Of a stretch of DNA of 36,429 nucleotides, positions 34,114-36,429 are shown piece by piece. Location: positions 1-36,429 of IMG/VR virus record IMGVR_UViG_3300042347_000737. One strand, given 5' to 3'. Each line of letters opens with the position of its first letter. Positions within the stretch are counted from its first letter, which is position 1. This DNA is from a virus (taxonomy: Duplodnaviria; Caudoviricetes). The notes under the pieces are model-generated. The model was not told where the DNA came from. It searched no databases and saw only the letters and a program-made list of their open reading frames with translations. Position numbers and translations under genes: made by a program.

Positions 34114-34353
34114 TTATGTCTTTGGTATGCTGCCTTTTATGGCTTGAGCGGCCTTTGCAAAGTCGCTCTCGGCTTTTCGCAGATTACGTTGGCCCGTTTG
34201 CTTAAGCTGATCGTGCAAATGTAAAGAGAGCGCCTCTCGAACGATGTCGCTGCGTTTGGTCCCGGCAATACGCGAAGCCACAAGCTCGTCGATCTCCCGA
34301 GACATTTGCTCGGTGATGCGGACTTTCATTTCAATATCAAGGTTGGTTCCCAT
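34114..34353 (-). CDS. Ribbon-helix-helix protein, putative repressor
   Basis: MKVRITEQM...IDELV...RSDIVREAL; divergent from the early operon. Confidence 0.7.
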   Translation of the reverse strand: MGTNLDIEMKVRITEQMSREIDELVASRIAGTKRSDIVREALSLHLHDQLKQTGQRNLRKAESDFAKAAQAIKGSIPKT

Positions 34354-34450
34354 TGTGTCCTCAAAGGGGACGATCAGCCGGATTTAAAAAAAGTCAAAAA
34401 AAATGAAATAAGGTCTTGACCCCATGCCCCATTGTGTCCCATTGTGCCCC
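34349..34450. promoter_or_regulatory. Divergent control region with CCCATTGTG operator-like repeats
   Basis: CCCATTGTG at 34349, 34428 and 34438; TTGACC at 34416 and reverse-strand TTGACT near 34392-34397. Confidence 0.6.
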
Positions 34451-34452
34451 GC

Positions 34453-34626
34453 ATGAACGAAATGACATCCAGCGTCAAAGCGCGCATTTCGCCTTCGATG
34501 TTCAACGCGCTTCGCAAAATTTCGCAACGTGATTGCGTGCCGGTTTCGCAAGTTGTTCGTCAGGCTCTACGGAATTTTTTGTCTAAGCATGTGTCCCAAA
34601 GCGGTCACAACAGAACCCGCAAATGA
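34453..34626 (+). CDS. Ribbon-helix-helix protein, Cro-like position
   Basis: VKARISPSMFNALRKI...VSQVVRQALRNFL. Confidence 0.7.
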   Translation: MNEMTSSVKARISPSMFNALRKISQRDCVPVSQVVRQALRNFLSKHVSQSGHNRTRK

Positions 34627-34814
34627 AAACCCTTTTGACCAGCGAACAACTTGCCGAGCGGCTGCACGTCGGCCGCATTGCGGTGCAACGCATGGCGCAG
34701 CGGGAGCGCATCCCGGCCATGCGGGTGGGCAAGAAGTGGCTTTTCGATTGGCACGATGTGGAGCGCGTGCTGGTCGCCCGTGGCAACAAGCTCCAGCAGG
34801 AGATCACACACTAA
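34623..34814 (+). CDS. Excisionase-like HTH protein
   Basis: LLTSEQLAERLHV...IPAMRVGKKWLFD. Confidence 0.8.
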   Translation: MKTLLTSEQLAERLHVGRIAVQRMAQRERIPAMRVGKKWLFDWHDVERVLVARGNKLQQEITH

Positions 34815-34815
34815 C

Positions 34816-35028
34816 ATGGACACATTAACCATCATCGCCGTTCTCGGCGGAGCGGCCGCATTTGCCGGCCTGCTGTATATATCGGCCTACGAGGCGGGAC
34901 GCAAATCGGGCCAACAGGCCGAACGGTTCCTCGCCAACCGCTGCGTAGCGGGCGTGCTTCAGGAAATGAGCAAGTTGCCGAAGGTCACGCGGACACCGAA
35001 GCGCAAAGCGCGGAGGGCGAGCAAATGA
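34816..35028 (+). CDS. Small N-terminal TM protein with basic tail
   Basis: MDTLTIIAVLGGAAAFAGLLYISAY... Confidence 0.65.
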   Translation: MDTLTIIAVLGGAAAFAGLLYISAYEAGRKSGQQAERFLANRCVAGVLQEMSKLPKVTRTPKRKARRASK

Positions 35029-35216
35029 CCATCCTTGCCTGCGTCCTTTCGGTTGTGGCCGCAATGGTCGCCACGTATTTCAGCATTGCCTCGCTGCAAG
35101 CCTACCGGCAGACGCGACGCATCGCAGATGCGCTCTGCCGAGGCCAGCGCGAGGCGGAGGCGATGCGGGCGGCGATTGCCAAGGCCATGAGCAAACAAAC
35201 GGTGGGCGTGAACTGA
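35025..35216 (+). CDS. Small N-terminal TM protein
   Basis: MTILACVLSVVAAMVATYFSIASL; ATGA coupling. Confidence 0.6.
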   Translation: MTILACVLSVVAAMVATYFSIASLQAYRQTRRIADALCRGQREAEAMRAAIAKAMSKQTVGVN

Positions 35217-35218
35217 CC

Positions 35219-35314
35219 ATGTTGCCGCAACCCGACCCCGCCCTTATCGCACTCGGCCTCATTGCCGGGGCGTGGATGGCTTTTACGTGGCTCGTTTCGG
35301 GGATGATGAAATGA
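35219..35314 (+). CDS. 31-aa hydrophobic peptide (absent from the ORF track)
   Basis: MLPQPDPALIALGLIAGAWMAFTWLVSGMMK; fills the gap and its stop overlaps the next ATG. Confidence 0.5.
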   Translation: MLPQPDPALIALGLIAGAWMAFTWLVSGMMK

Positions 35315-35865
35315 AAAAAACTATGCGTCACGGAGAAACGCGAGGCTTCCTCGGCAAACCGACCTTCTCGTTTGGTCGGTCTAAAGCTGTGGCAGCTAAA
35401 ACAAAATCGCGCCGTGACGCGAGCGACGGGGCGGGCGGGTTCGTGGTGGTTCCCGTCCGCTCCCGTGCTCATTACGCTGTCGCCGACGAGCTGGTCGGCG
35501 GGGCCGTTTACAACGGCAAGGAGCATTTTGTTGCGGGGCATGACAAGCGCCCGGAGCACACTCCCTACGAGCAGCTCGCCTGGGCGATTCTTGAGCAGGC
35601 CATTGACGATCTGGCCGCGTTTGCCAGGGCGGGAGTGATGACGCGCGACGGTCGCTGCAAGGCATGGCCAAAAGTGCGGCGCGTCCGAAAAGGCAAGCCG
35701 GTCCTCGAGCTGGCGGTGATCGCGCACATCAAAGACGCGCTGGCGCACGAAATGACCAAGCGGTTTTTCCTCCACGGCCCCGCGCAATGGCTTTGCGACA
35801 TGGTCGGCTGCCGGCTTACGGCCACCGAGATTTTTCACACGACTTTAAAGAACCACTCGAAATGA
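35311..35865 (+). CDS. Hypothetical protein
   Basis: ATGA coupling at both ends; contains LAWAILEQAIDDL. Confidence 0.65.
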   Translation: MKKTMRHGETRGFLGKPTFSFGRSKAVAAKTKSRRDASDGAGGFVVVPVRSRAHYAVADELVGGAVYNGKEHFVAGHDKRPEHTPYEQLAWAILEQAIDDLAAFARAGVMTRDGRCKAWPKVRRVRKGKPVLELAVIAHIKDALAHEMTKRFFLHGPAQWLCDMVGCRLTATEIFHTTLKNHSK

Positions 35866-36429
35866 ACATCCACGACGAATTGAAACGACTCAACGCAAAG
35901 TGCGACCGGCTGGCGGAGTCGCTGCGGCGGAAAAACAAATTTGCGGCGGTCACTGAGGGCGGCGCTGGGGAATCTCGGCCCGAGCGACCTGAGCCGTCGC
36001 AGCTTTTAACCCCGGCGATTTCGCCGCAATTAAGCAACCGATTAACACCGGAGACGGATGCGGCGATCATTGACGAGCTAGACGTCGAGCTTGAGGCCGC
36101 AGGGCGCGGGCATTGGAGGGGCGACACCAAGATGGAATTACTTCCTGCCGACTTTGCCCGAAAACTGGAACGCGAGCGGGACGAGGCGCGGGAGGCGTTA
36201 CAGCAATGGAGAGATGCGGCAAAAGGGGCCGAGAACCCGCATCCAGACGAAGTGCACTGCACATGCGTTCCTTTACTGATTAGTAAAATTGCGGCTTTAC
36301 GCAAAGAGCGCGACGAGGCGCGGGATGTTCTCCGAATCTTTGCCGATTGCAGAAATTGGTTTCACACAGCCAAAGAAGAGGGAGGCCCATACACGGCATG
36401 GCGCGGGAAAAGAGAACCAGATGAAATTG
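35862..36429 (+). CDS. Hypothetical 199-aa protein with TPETD and two ERDEAR modules (continues through the join to 127)
   Basis: MNIHDELKRL...LTPETD...DFARKLERERDEARE...KERDEARD...; no stop before the contig end. Confidence 0.8.
   Translation, partial: MNIHDELKRLNAKCDRLAESLRRKNKFAAVTEGGAGESRPERPEPSQLLTPAISPQLSNRLTPETDAAIIDELDVELEAAGRGHWRGDTKMELLPADFARKLERERDEAREALQQWRDAAKGAENPHPDEVHCTCVPLLISKIAALRKERDEARDVLRIFADCRNWFHTAKEEGGPYTAWRGKREPDEI
36335..36429. repeat. Terminal direct repeat (identical to 1-95)
   Basis: Exact match to the first 95 nt. Confidence 0.95.

Overview
Complete, circularly permuted genome of a temperate tailed phage. The unit length is 36,334 bp: bases 1-95 repeat as 36335-36429, and one ORF reads through the join. 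On the + strand, an early/replication arm carries a resolvase, SSB-like protein, PD-(D/E)XK nuclease, many small ORFs, a C5 DNA methyltransferase, primase, AAA helicase and two putative regulators. A lambda-like morphogenesis arm follows: terS/terL, portal, ClpP-type protease, capsid, tail genes with a -1 frameshift chaperone, tape measure and fibre, with three glycosyltransferase genes interspersed. Then come a lysis cassette, a minus-strand metallophosphoesterase cassette, an attP (3' half of tRNA-Thr) with a tyrosine integrase, and a divergent RHH/RHH switch. The most notable signal is TTTGACA, found 12 times in the late arm. In 8 copies it lies 13-14 nt before a start codon and in 3 copies 16-17 nt before, with no Shine-Dalgarno. 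One copy marks an in-frame internal scaffold start, and the twelfth precedes a structured non-coding segment. This suggests a non-canonical late promoter that makes leaderless mRNAs. Other highlights are a methyltransferase split over two fully overlapping frames, a probable virion-glycosylation module and a recurrent ERDEAR module in early genes. All product calls come from motifs read by eye plus synteny; no database searches were run.
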